DNA from: Gemmatimonadales bacterium
Lineage (GTDB): Bacteria; Gemmatimonadota; Gemmatimonadetes; Gemmatimonadales; GWC2-71-9
DNA: 64,000 nt
Reading direction: 5' to 3'
NCBI GenBank assembly: GCA_965248285.1
Contig: CBDFJJ010000010.1
Span: 133,062-197,061, forward strand
The notes under the pieces were generated by a model. It made no database searches and was not told the DNA's origin. It saw only the letters and a list, made by a program, of their open reading frames with translations. The position numbers and the translations under genes were made by a program. Shown here one piece after another: positions 20,309 through 28,856 of the stretch (positions are counted from its first letter, which is position 1; each line of letters starts with the position of its first letter).

Positions 20309-21211
20309 CTATGGCCGAGTGCGCCGAACAAACAACTCGTACAATCGTCGTTGGACGGGCCCGGGCTGTCCGTTGCCAACCGACCGTCCGTCGACTTCAA
20401 CGATCGGCATGATTTCCATGGTAGTGCCGGCAAGAAACAACTCATCGGCTGACACGAGGTCGGTGAGTTGGATGGGGGCCTCGATGGCGCTGATTCCGGC
20501 TTCTCGGCAGATGTCCAAGGCCACCTGACGTGTGATGCTCGGCAAGATGTAGTTACTCTTCGGGGCCGTTCGAACTTCTCCGTTGAATACGCCGAAGAAG
20601 CTCGACGCCGTCGCCTCCAAAGCCACGCCGTCGCGCACGAGGATCGCCTCGGTGGCCCCTGCTTCTTGCGCACGCTGGTTTGCAAGACAGTTGGCAAGGA
20701 GATTAACACTCTTGATGTCACACCGTGCCCACCGCATGTCGGGAGCCGTAATGACTTTTACCCCTCTTGTGACGTCCCCTTTGGGTTGAAACAGCAACGG
20801 CACCGCGTATGAAGTGGGTTGGATACGGACGTTGGGAAACGCGTGGCCACGGGGTGCCGCGCCGCGCGTGACCTGCATGTACACGAGCGCATCATCTTGA
20901 CCCAGATCGTTTTTTGCCAGAAGTTGCTCGCAGATCTCGCCAAATGCGGCGGCGTCTATTCCCCGAATCTGCAACTCGCACAGGCCGTTGTGCAGGCGCT
21001 GGAGATGAGCCTCGAGGGCAAAAAACCGTCCGCCGTAACTTCGCACGACCTCGTACACCCCGTCGCCGAAGAGAAATCCTCGATCGTCGGGTGATATGCT
21101 GACCGATTGCTTGGCAACATAGTCGCCGTTGAAGAAAACGGTGGGGTTTGTCACGTGTTTGATGGGCCGGATTGCACCGCCGTCATCCTCGACTGCGATA
21201 GCAAACTCCAA
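20309..21211 (-). CDS. class IV aminotransferase (D-amino-acid or branched-chain type)
   Basis: RGFLFGDGVYEVVRSYGGRFFALEAHLQRL and later fold-type IV motifs. Confidence 0.8.
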   Translation of the reverse strand: MEFAIAVEDDGGAIRPIKHVTNPTVFFNGDYVAKQSVSISPDDRGFLFGDGVYEVVRSYGGRFFALEAHLQRLHNGLCELQIRGIDAAAFGEICEQLLAKNDLGQDDALVYMQVTRGAAPRGHAFPNVRIQPTSYAVPLLFQPKGDVTRGVKVITAPDMRWARCDIKSVNLLANCLANQRAQEAGATEAILVRDGVALEATASSFFGVFNGEVRTAPKSNYILPSITRQVALDICREAGISAIEAPIQLTDLVSADELFLAGTTMEIMPIVEVDGRSVGNGQPGPVQRRLYELFVRRTRP

Positions 21212-21564
21212 AACATGGCCCCCCAGCCGATGAGGAAACAGACCCCACCAATCGGTGTGATGGCACCAAGCCAGCCGATTCCCGTGAAGGCGAGAAGGTA
21301 AAGACTACCCGAAAAGACAACCGTCCCCGCCACGAAAAGTTTCCCCGCCCACTGAAGCAGCGCTGTCGGATGGTTGGCCGAAAACGCCCCGACCAACAGG
21401 AGGCCAAAGGCATGATACACCTGATACTGGACCGCCGTGTCAAACACCTCCAGCGACTCACCCGAGATCCGGCCTTCCAGCACGTGGGCACCAAACGCGC
21501 CCGCGCCAACCGCAAGCAGGGCCGACCCGGCCCCGATCGCCGCCAAGGCACGTCCGTCCGTCAC
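21151..21564 (-). CDS. DUF423-family membrane protein
   Basis: GAGAFGAHVLEG...YQVYHAFGLL pattern. GTG start at 21564. The 341-aa track ORF is an upstream over-extension. Confidence 0.6.
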   Translation of the reverse strand: MTDGRALAAIGAGSALLAVGAGAFGAHVLEGRISGESLEVFDTAVQYQVYHAFGLLLVGAFSANHPTALLQWAGKLFVAGTVVFSGSLYLLAFTGIGWLGAITPIGGVCFLIGWGAMFWSLLSQSRMTAVQSGPSNT

Positions 21565-21791
21565 GCGGCGTCCTCCGGTTGGGCATCGTCCGGGGGTTTC
21601 CCAATTACCGCTCGGGCATGCGGCGCCGCTGCTTCGCCCACCAGAAGCGTTGCACCTGGGTTGATGGGCCCGTGGAGAATCCCCTCCGTGGACTGAATGA
21701 GGTAAGGGATACCAGCGGCCTCCAGCAGGCCGCCCGCCATTTCGGCCTCCGCCTTCGTGTGAAAGTTGGCAATCGCCACCAAATCGCTCAT
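21561..21791 (-). CDS. small DUF2007-like protein
   Basis: VAIANFHTKAEAEMAGGLLEAAGIPYLIQ is typical of this family. Confidence 0.45.
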   Translation of the reverse strand: MSDLVAIANFHTKAEAEMAGGLLEAAGIPYLIQSTEGILHGPINPGATLLVGEAAAPHARAVIGKPPDDAQPEDAA

Positions 21792-21818
21792 TTGTCTTAA
21801 TTCCCGCCGCTATCAAGG

Positions 21819-23249
21819 CTATCCAACTCGAATGCTGATCACGAAAGTTACCACGAAAATGGCGACGACGTTGAGCCACCAACCCGCCCGGGCCATGTCC
21901 GCGGAGCGTATTCGCCCCGACCCGAACACGATCGCGTTGGGAGGAGTCGCCACCGGGAGCATAAAGGCCATCGAAGAGGCCATGGCGGCCACCATCATGA
22001 GGGGCAAGGGGTCGAGGTTCAGCCCGGCCGCAACCCCCGCCATGAGCGGCATGCCGAGCGCCGCTGTGGCTGTGTTGCTTGTCAGCTCGGTCAGGAAGAC
22101 AAAGACGGCCGCCGTTGCCAAGTACACGACGGTGGTAGGGGCTCCACGGAGTCCTTCCAAGAATCCTCCAACCCACTGGGTCAGCCCGCTGTCGGCAAAT
22201 GCGGCCGCAAGCGCCAGGCCGCCTCCAAAAAGCAGGAGAATACCCCAGGGGATCTTCTTGGCCGACTCCCAGTTCAAGGCCACGCCGTGACGGCTTTTGG
22301 GCAGTGGAATGACGAACAACAGGAGTGCGGCCCCGATAGCGATTCCCGCATCGGTGAGGTTGGGGAGAAAATCGGTCAGACCCGGAATGCTGACACCCCC
22401 GATGAGCTTGGGGGCGCGTAGGATCCAGGCGAGGGCGGTCAGGGTGAAAACCCCGAGGATATACTTTTCGGCCGCTGACAACCGGCCGAGCTGCGCCCGT
22501 TGTTTCTCTACGGTGGATGCCAGCGCGGGAAGATCGCCCCGCACATGGAAAAGACGGATCAACACAAACCAGCAGATTGCGAGCATCGGAACGGCGGCCA
22601 GCATCCCGATCATCATCCAGCTTCCGAAGCCGACATCGACATTCAGTATGTCGCTCGCCGCGGCTGCCAGAATCGCGTTCGGCGGCGTGCCGATGAGCGT
22701 TGCAACGCCACCGATCGAACAGGAGTAGGCGATGCCGAGCATGAGCGCCACGGCAAATTTTCCGTTTCCGGCGCTATCGGACGTCTCGGCACCCTCCACG
22801 ACCGCGCCGGCAATGGGCAGCATCATGACGGCGGTGGCGGTGTTCGAGATCCACATGCTCAGAAACGCCGCTGCCAACATGAATCCGAGGAGGACACGCG
22901 GTGCTTGCGTTCCCGAGATTCGCACCGTTGCCAAGGCAAAGCGTTTGTCCAAGTTCCAACGCTCGAGTGTGGCGGCGAGAAAAAAGCCGCCAAGAAACAA
23001 GAACATGATGGGGTTGGCATACGATACGGTTACGTCGCCGACGGCCTTGTCGGTGATCAACGGCAACGCAACGACGGGGAGCAACGCCGTTGCCTCCAGC
23101 GGCACGATCGCCGTCAGCCACCAGAGGGCCATCCAGGCGGCCAATCCCGCCACGTGCCAGGCCTCTTCGCTGAGAGTACCGGGCGCTGGCAACAACGCGG
23201 TGACGATCAGTAGAATCGGGCCGGCTGGTAGGATTAGTTTCTTCAGCAT
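21819..23249 (-). CDS. DASS-family (SLC13-type) sodium-coupled anion symporter
   Basis: 476 aa, polytopic, with paired SNTA/TPPN hairpin motifs (WISNTATAVM, GTPPNAI, TSNTATAA, ATPPNAIV). Confidence 0.8.
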   Translation of the reverse strand: MLKKLILPAGPILLIVTALLPAPGTLSEEAWHVAGLAAWMALWWLTAIVPLEATALLPVVALPLITDKAVGDVTVSYANPIMFLFLGGFFLAATLERWNLDKRFALATVRISGTQAPRVLLGFMLAAAFLSMWISNTATAVMMLPIAGAVVEGAETSDSAGNGKFAVALMLGIAYSCSIGGVATLIGTPPNAILAAAASDILNVDVGFGSWMMIGMLAAVPMLAICWFVLIRLFHVRGDLPALASTVEKQRAQLGRLSAAEKYILGVFTLTALAWILRAPKLIGGVSIPGLTDFLPNLTDAGIAIGAALLLFVIPLPKSRHGVALNWESAKKIPWGILLLFGGGLALAAAFADSGLTQWVGGFLEGLRGAPTTVVYLATAAVFVFLTELTSNTATAALGMPLMAGVAAGLNLDPLPLMMVAAMASSMAFMLPVATPPNAIVFGSGRIRSADMARAGWWLNVVAIFVVTFVISIRVG

Positions 23250-23400
23250 GACGGGGGTCGGGGGTCGGGGGTCGGGTCTCGACTGCGGGATTCGGGGATC
23301 GGGGATCGGGGGTCGGGTCGTGGGTTGTTGGGTGGCGGATCCATTCGCATCGGTCTCGGCATTGAAACCCGACCCCCGACCCCCGACCCCCGACCCCCGT
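23250..23400. repeat. intergenic hairpin H1 built from (GGGGTC)n and its complement
   Basis: + strand ACGGGGGTCGGGGGTCGGGGGTCGGGT (23251-23277) pairs with ACCCGACCCCCGACCCCCGACCCCCGACCCCCGT (23368-23400). It fills the whole gap between a stop and the next start. Confidence 0.9.
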
Positions 23401-24266
23401 CATACAGGTATGAGCGCCAGCGGATTCGTTCGAGTGATTTTGTTCTTCACGTCGTCCGGCAACGGCAACGCCAAGAACTGATCGAGATTCCGCCGCAGAT
23501 CTTTGACGCCCGGGCTCGGCCAATCGGTCCCCCACACGACTCGGTCGGCGATTTCCTCCAATCGTGGGAAATACTCGAGCAACCGCTTCGGTGGTATGCC
23601 CGACAGCTCGAGGTGAACCCTCTTGTGGCGTCGGAGCACGAAGAACGCTTCGTCCATCCACAGTGGCCGTCCGCCGTGCGCCATGACGATGGTGAGATCG
23701 GGAAAGTCGATGGCGACGTCGTCGATTTCCATCGGCCGCCCGTACTTGCTTCGCGCCCCGGGGAAGATGCTCGTCCCGGTATGAATCAAGACCGGCAAGC
23801 CGCGATCCTCGCAACGCCGATAAATCCGGCCCAGGTTGTCGAGACCCATCGTGTGAGCGTTCGCTGGATAGACTTGATGAGGTGGATGAATCTTGAGACA
23901 TCGGATTCCCATGTCGAGTAGCGCTTCGACCTGCCCTTCGGGATCGGTGGTGAAGCGCGGGTGGACGCCACCGAACGGAAGCAGACGCTCCGGATCTGCG
24001 GAGGCATACTCTGCTGCAAATGAATTTGTTTCGTCGGTAAATCCCATGAGGTCGGGACTCGGGTAGTTGATGAGCCCGACGCGCCAGATGTCTGCTTTGT
24101 CGAGTATGTCGAGCAGGAGCTTGGGATCGTCCATAATCGCTTGGAGACGATCCCGTTTCTCTTCCTGGCCACTCCACATGACTTTCGCAACTTCCGGCTT
24201 GAGCTGACGCCACGGCTGAATGTGGATGTGGAGGTCGGAGATGCCGGGGAGTTGTCTAGTCGTCAC
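23400..24266 (-). CDS. amidohydrolase-family (TIM-barrel metal hydrolase) protein
   Basis: ISDLHIHIQPW...HTGTS...MAHGG motifs. GTG start chosen at 24266 because the upstream extension only translates repeat H2. Confidence 0.65.
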   Translation of the reverse strand: MTTRQLPGISDLHIHIQPWRQLKPEVAKVMWSGQEEKRDRLQAIMDDPKLLLDILDKADIWRVGLINYPSPDLMGFTDETNSFAAEYASADPERLLPFGGVHPRFTTDPEGQVEALLDMGIRCLKIHPPHQVYPANAHTMGLDNLGRIYRRCEDRGLPVLIHTGTSIFPGARSKYGRPMEIDDVAIDFPDLTIVMAHGGRPLWMDEAFFVLRRHKRVHLELSGIPPKRLLEYFPRLEEIADRVVWGTDWPSPGVKDLRRNLDQFLALPLPDDVKNKITRTNPLALIPV

Positions 24267-24288
24267 GGAGCGAGTCGAATCCGGATAA

Positions 24289-24420
24289 GGGAGGAGGGAG
24301 GAGGGAGGAGGCCGTCGCCCCACACCGTTCCCAACCCAAGGGAGGAGGGAGGAGGGAGGAGGCCCCCCACCCTTCCACCCGGGGGGGTGGACGGGCGGGG
24401 CCTCCTCCCTCCTCCCTCCC
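24289..24420. repeat. intergenic hairpin H2 built from (GGGAGGA)n and its complement
   Basis: GGGAGGAGGGAGGAGGGAGGAGG at 24289-24311 and 24340-24362. Complement GGGGCCTCCTCCCTCCTCCCTCCC at 24397-24420. Confidence 0.9.
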
Positions 24421-24461
24421 AAACTCCTCCCTGAGGTGGGGCAAGGGAAAGGGGAGCTTAG

Positions 24462-25244
24462 TCATCGTCCGGTGAAGGTTGGCTTCCGTTTGTTCAAAAA
24501 CGCATCAACGCCTTCTTTCTTGTCTTCCGAGGCAAAGGCCAGCGAGAAGAGCGTCACCTCTTGCTTCAAACCCTCGTCCAATGACGTACGCATGCTGGTT
24601 CGCACGGCTTGCTTGATCATGCGCAAGGCCACGGGGCTCTTTGACGCGATGGAGTCTGCCAGTTCTTTGGCGCGTGCTTCGAGTTGATCAGGGGGTACTA
24701 CCTCGTCGACCAGCCCTATGCGGTGGGCCTCGTCCGCGCGGATGAAATCCCCCGTGTACAGCATTTTCAACGCGGCACCCATGCCCACCAGTCGTGGCAG
24801 GCGTTGTGTTCCGCCGCCTCCGGGTAGCAGACCCAGGTTGATCTCCGGCTGACCCAGCTTGGCCTTTTCCGAGGCGATGCGAATGTCGCAGGCCAGGGCG
24901 AGCTCGCAACCACCGCCGAGACAGAAACCATTGATGGCGGCGATGATGGGCTTCGGAAATTGGTCAACGGCAAGGAACGCGGACGAGTCGGTCATCACCC
25001 GGAATTGTTCTACCGAGCTTCGGCCCTCGAACTCGGCGATGTCGGCGCCCGCCACGAACGACTTCTCGCCGGCGCCGGTGAGGATCACCACCCGGATGTC
25101 GTCGTTCGCCGCCAGGTCGTTCAACTCCTCCACGATGCGGTTGCGGGTGGCGATGTTGAGTGCGTTGAGTTTATCGGGACGGTTGATTGTGAGCGTCGCA
25201 ACGTGACCGTCGATATTCTTGAGAACTACTTGTTCGGTGGCCAT
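24462..25244 (-). CDS. enoyl-CoA hydratase/isomerase (crotonase) family
   Basis: TINRPDKLNAL...FVAGADI...GGGCELALACDIRIA. Confidence 0.85.
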   Translation of the reverse strand: MATEQVVLKNIDGHVATLTINRPDKLNALNIATRNRIVEELNDLAANDDIRVVILTGAGEKSFVAGADIAEFEGRSSVEQFRVMTDSSAFLAVDQFPKPIIAAINGFCLGGGCELALACDIRIASEKAKLGQPEINLGLLPGGGGTQRLPRLVGMGAALKMLYTGDFIRADEAHRIGLVDEVVPPDQLEARAKELADSIASKSPVALRMIKQAVRTSMRTSLDEGLKQEVTLFSLAFASEDKKEGVDAFLNKRKPTFTGR

Positions 25245-26080
25245 TCGTAGAACCCTTTTCCGGTTTTTTTCCCAAGCTCGCCCGCGGCGACCTTATCCCG
25301 CAGCAGGGCAGGGGGCTCGTAGTGGGGTTGCTTGAGTTCTTGATGTAAGTAATCGGCGATCGCCAATCGTACGTCGAGTCCGACGAGATCCGATACCCTG
25401 AGCGGTCCCATCGGATGACCATACCCCAGCTCGAGCGCCTTGTCGATGTCTTCGGGTCTTGCGACGCCTTGCTCGACCATGCGCATCGCTTCCAGTCCCA
25501 AGACAACACCAAGACGCGACGACGCGAATCCGGGGGAGTCGGTGACGACGATCGGTTGCTTTCCCATCTTTATGGTGATCTCGCGTGCGCGTTCGATCAC
25601 ATCGGAGTCGGTCTGTTGGTGGCGCACCAACTCCACCAACTTCATGATATGCACCGGATTGAAAAAGTGCATGCCCAGCACGCGACCAGGCTGTTTTGTC
25701 ACCTCGGCAATCGATGTCACGGAAAGCGACGAGGTGTTCGTCGCGAGGATGGCCGACGGGAGCGTCGCGGAGTCCAATCGCACAAACAGCTCACGTTTGA
25801 TATCCAGGTCTTCGATCACAGCCTCGATGACCACGTCGGCGCCCGACACGGCGGCTTCCAATTCCTCGATCATGGCAAGGCGCCCCAGCGCGTACTGAGC
25901 GTCCTGTGCCGAGATTTTTCCTCGCTCGACGCCCCCGTCGAGGTTTTTCTGTATCATGCCCGCGGCAGCGGTCAACGCATCAATGTTGCTATCGGTGAGG
26001 GCGGTCTCGTAGCCCGCCAGGGCTGCTACCTGCGCGATACCGTGCCCCATGGTACCTGCTCCCACAACGGCCACATTCAT
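25226..26080 (-). CDS. 3-hydroxyacyl/3-hydroxybutyryl-CoA dehydrogenase
   Basis: VAVVGAGTMGHGIAQV Rossmann motif and typical HBD body. Confidence 0.9.
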   Translation of the reverse strand: MNVAVVGAGTMGHGIAQVAALAGYETALTDSNIDALTAAAGMIQKNLDGGVERGKISAQDAQYALGRLAMIEELEAAVSGADVVIEAVIEDLDIKRELFVRLDSATLPSAILATNTSSLSVTSIAEVTKQPGRVLGMHFFNPVHIMKLVELVRHQQTDSDVIERAREITIKMGKQPIVVTDSPGFASSRLGVVLGLEAMRMVEQGVARPEDIDKALELGYGHPMGPLRVSDLVGLDVRLAIADYLHQELKQPHYEPPALLRDKVAAGELGKKTGKGFYEWPPNK

Positions 26081-26745
26081 GACAAGAGTTTCCTCAGACG
26101 ATCGGGATAGTCTGTGCAGATGCCATCAACACCCATGTCGATGAACTCCTCCATACGTGCGGGGTCGTTGACGGTCCACGGGATGATCCTCGCCCCGAAC
26201 GCATGAACCGCCGCGACCAACTCATCGTCAATCAACTCTTGGCTTTGCCACAACTCTGCGGCGCCCGACTGCTCGAGTTGGATAAGCGGGTTGAGGGGGT
26301 ACGACGCCGACAGCACCCCGCCCACCAACCCGTCGCGCGCCTGCAACAGTCGACGTACGATCCGGTGGTCGAAGGAATGTACGTGGTAGTTATCCGGGAC
26401 CGGTCCGGAAGCAAGCATTTCTAAGAACCGGGCTTGGTGTTCGGTGTCCAAGGTCTTGACCTCGACGAAAACCGTCGGCCCCGTGCCGAGGAGCTCGAGC
26501 ACCTCGGACAACGTGGGAACGTGTTCACCATTGGGTAACCGCTGCTGCCGGACCCGCTCGAGGGGCGACGTGGGGATATGTGCGTTACCGACCGTCTCGT
26601 GGTGGTGCACCACCACCGATCCATCCGCGGTCGCGTGAACGTCCAGTTCAATCGCGTCGGCTCCCAGGTCTATGGCCGCGCGAAACGCGGCAAGTGAATT
26701 CTCGGTCTCCGCGCCCGACGCGCCTCGGTGCGCGATAACTAACAA
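26077..26745 (-). CDS. glycerophosphodiester phosphodiesterase family protein
   Basis: VIAHRGASGAETENSLAAFRAAIDLGADAIELDVH. Confidence 0.85.
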   Translation of the reverse strand: MLVIAHRGASGAETENSLAAFRAAIDLGADAIELDVHATADGSVVVHHHETVGNAHIPTSPLERVRQQRLPNGEHVPTLSEVLELLGTGPTVFVEVKTLDTEHQARFLEMLASGPVPDNYHVHSFDHRIVRRLLQARDGLVGGVLSASYPLNPLIQLEQSGAAELWQSQELIDDELVAAVHAFGARIIPWTVNDPARMEEFIDMGVDGICTDYPDRLRKLLS

Positions 26746-26755
26746 CTAACGGCTC

Positions 26756-27562
26756 CTATTTGCCGCTAAATCGGGGTTGACGTTTTTCCAGGAAGGCCTT
26801 GAGGCCTTCGGTGGCATCTTCGCTCGAGAAGCAGCTCAACTGATGATCCAACTCCAAGTCGAGCATGCCACTCAAGTCTTGGTCTTCACTTCGATAGATC
26901 GCTTTCTTTGCCAGTGCCAGCGCTAGCGGGGGCTTCTGCGCCAGCGCTCGCGCGAGTTGGTGGGTTTCGGCCTCGAGCTGTTCGTGTGGCACTACCGTGT
27001 TGAACAGACCGATGCGATGACCCTCCTCAGCACCGATCATTTCGCCGGAGAAGATCAATTCGAGCGCTTTGGCGGATCCCACGAGCCGCGGAAGGAAGTA
27101 GGTGCCGCCCCAGTCCGGGTGGAGTCCGATCCTGTTGAACGTTTGGCCGATGGACGCCTTCTCGGAGGCGATGCGAATGTCGCATGCCAGCGCCATGTTG
27201 GCGCCGCCGCCCGCCGCCGGTCCGTTGACACTTGCCACCACCGGCTTCGGTGTCGTGCGAATCGTCGTCACCACCTCGCGCCCGGCCTCGACCAGTTCGT
27301 GGAACGCATCGGTGTCGTTGCGCTCCATCAGCTCTTTCATGTACCCGATATCCGCACCAGCGCAAAACGCACGCCCCGCGCCCGTAATGACCAACACGCG
27401 CACGTCGTCGTGATCCGCCATTTCCCGTACCGCTTGGGTGACTTCTTGCCGCATCGAGCCCGCGAATGCGTTGAGTTTTTCGGGTCGGTTGAGTGTAATC
27501 GTCCCGACGCCATCTTCTACCGACGTCAGGACGTTTTCGAATGTCGTGATACCCGTCGTCAT
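26756..27562 (-). CDS. enoyl-CoA hydratase/isomerase family
   Basis: ATG at 27562 (MTTGITTFENV...). TLNRPEKLNAF, GGGANMALACDIRIA. Confidence 0.85.
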   Translation of the reverse strand: MTTGITTFENVLTSVEDGVGTITLNRPEKLNAFAGSMRQEVTQAVREMADHDDVRVLVITGAGRAFCAGADIGYMKELMERNDTDAFHELVEAGREVVTTIRTTPKPVVASVNGPAAGGGANMALACDIRIASEKASIGQTFNRIGLHPDWGGTYFLPRLVGSAKALELIFSGEMIGAEEGHRIGLFNTVVPHEQLEAETHQLARALAQKPPLALALAKKAIYRSEDQDLSGMLDLELDHQLSCFSSEDATEGLKAFLEKRQPRFSGK

Positions 27563-28752
27563 ACCCGCTCCACGATCATCGCGACGCCTTGGCCGACGCC
27601 GATGCACATGGTGGCGAGGCCGAACTGGCCGTCGGTCCGCCGGAGGGCGTGCACGAGTGTGGTGAGAATCTTGGCACCGGTACAGCCCAGCGGGTGGCCG
27701 AGGGCGATTCCCCCACCATACACGTTCACCTTGGAAGCGTCGAGGTTCAATTCGCGGATGCACGCGATAGCCTGCGCGGCAAACGCTTCATTCAACTCGA
27801 TGAGATCGATATCGTCGATCGAAAGATTTGCTCGCTGTAAGGCTTTTTTCGTCGCCGGGATCGGGCCCAAGCCCATGCACGAGGGATCCACTCCAGCCAC
27901 CGCCGTGGTGACCACGCGGGCGAGCGGCTCGGCACCATCCGGAAGCGAGGCGTCATCCGTAACCAATAACGCGGCAGCGCCGTCGTTGATCCCGCTCGAG
28001 GTTCCGGCGGTCACGGTGCCTTCCTTCATGAAAGCCGGCTTGAGCTTCGCGAGCTTTTCCCTGCTTACGTCGGGTCGGGGATGCTCGTCCCGCTCGAACA
28101 TCACCTCGCTGCCGTCTCGCTGGGGTAGGGGTACGGGCACGATTTCATTTTGGAAAACGCAGCTGGCCTGCGCTTCCTTGGCGCGTCGCTGGCTTTCGAG
28201 TGCAAATGCATCTTGATCTTCACGCGTGATACCGTGCTGTTTTGCGACCACTTCCGCCGTCTCGCCGAGCGAGATCGTCCACTCTTTGCGCAGCTTCGGA
28301 TTGACGAAGCGCCACCCGACGGTCGTGTCGGCCACCTCGGGCACGCGCCGGTCCCACGATTTTCCTTTCTTGAGCATGACGTAGGGTGCGCGCGTCATGC
28401 TGTCGACTCCCCCCGCCAGGAACGCACTACCCTCGCCGGCCTTGATCGCGTGCGCCGCGTTGGTCACCGCTTGCAATCCCGAACCGCACAATCGATTCAC
28501 GGTCTGCGCGGGAACGTCGACGGGAAAGCCGGCCAAGAGCGTGGCCATTCGCGCAACGTTGCGGTTGTCTTCGCCGGACTGATTCGCGCATCCCAGAATC
28601 ACGTCGTCGAGCTTGGCCGGGTCGAAACCCGTTCGTTCAATCACCGCTTTCATCGGAATGGCGGCAAGGTCGTCGGGCCGGACCCCGGCCAGGGAACCGC
28701 CGTGGGTGCCGACGGGTGTGCGAACCGCGGCGACGATGAAGGGCTCGCTCAC
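27559..28752 (-). CDS. acetyl-CoA C-acyltransferase (thiolase)
   Basis: VNRLCGSGLQAV, NEAFAAQ, GGGIALGHPLGCTGA. GTG start at 28752. The longer ORF only translates repeat H3. Confidence 0.9.
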   Translation of the reverse strand: MSEPFIVAAVRTPVGTHGGSLAGVRPDDLAAIPMKAVIERTGFDPAKLDDVILGCANQSGEDNRNVARMATLLAGFPVDVPAQTVNRLCGSGLQAVTNAAHAIKAGEGSAFLAGGVDSMTRAPYVMLKKGKSWDRRVPEVADTTVGWRFVNPKLRKEWTISLGETAEVVAKQHGITREDQDAFALESQRRAKEAQASCVFQNEIVPVPLPQRDGSEVMFERDEHPRPDVSREKLAKLKPAFMKEGTVTAGTSSGINDGAAALLVTDDASLPDGAEPLARVVTTAVAGVDPSCMGLGPIPATKKALQRANLSIDDIDLIELNEAFAAQAIACIRELNLDASKVNVYGGGIALGHPLGCTGAKILTTLVHALRRTDGQFGLATMCIGVGQGVAMIVERV

Positions 28753-28770
28753 CGCTACCCCCAACCCATG

Positions 28771-28855
28771 GACGGAAGGACGGAAGGACGGAATGTAAGT
28801 GCGATGTGGCCTGAGGGAGGAGCCTTCCGTCCTTCCGTCTTTCCGTCCTTCCGTC
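28771..28855. repeat. intergenic hairpin H3 built from (GGACGGAA)n and its complement
   Basis: GACGGAAGGACGGAAGGACGGAA (28771-28793) pairs with TTCCGTCCTTCCGTCTTTCCGTCCTTCCGTC (28825-28855). Confidence 0.9.
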
Positions 28856-28856
28856 A

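Noticed and set aside
21151-22176. 341-aa ORF overlapping the DUF2007-like gene and the DASS gene
   Set aside because: Only the last 137 codons look like a protein (DUF423). The rest is antisense or out of frame relative to well-supported genes.
23250-24420. G-rich short repeats as a possible CRISPR array
   Set aside because: The units are only 6-8 nt, contiguous with no spacers. Each block is matched by its own complement, forming hairpins, and there are no cas genes.
24267-24422. N-terminal extensions of the amidohydrolase (and of the thiolase at 28753-28872) through the repeats
   Set aside because: The extensions merely translate the tandem repeats (PPPSSLLP..., TEGRKDGRTEG...). Good GTG starts follow the hairpins.
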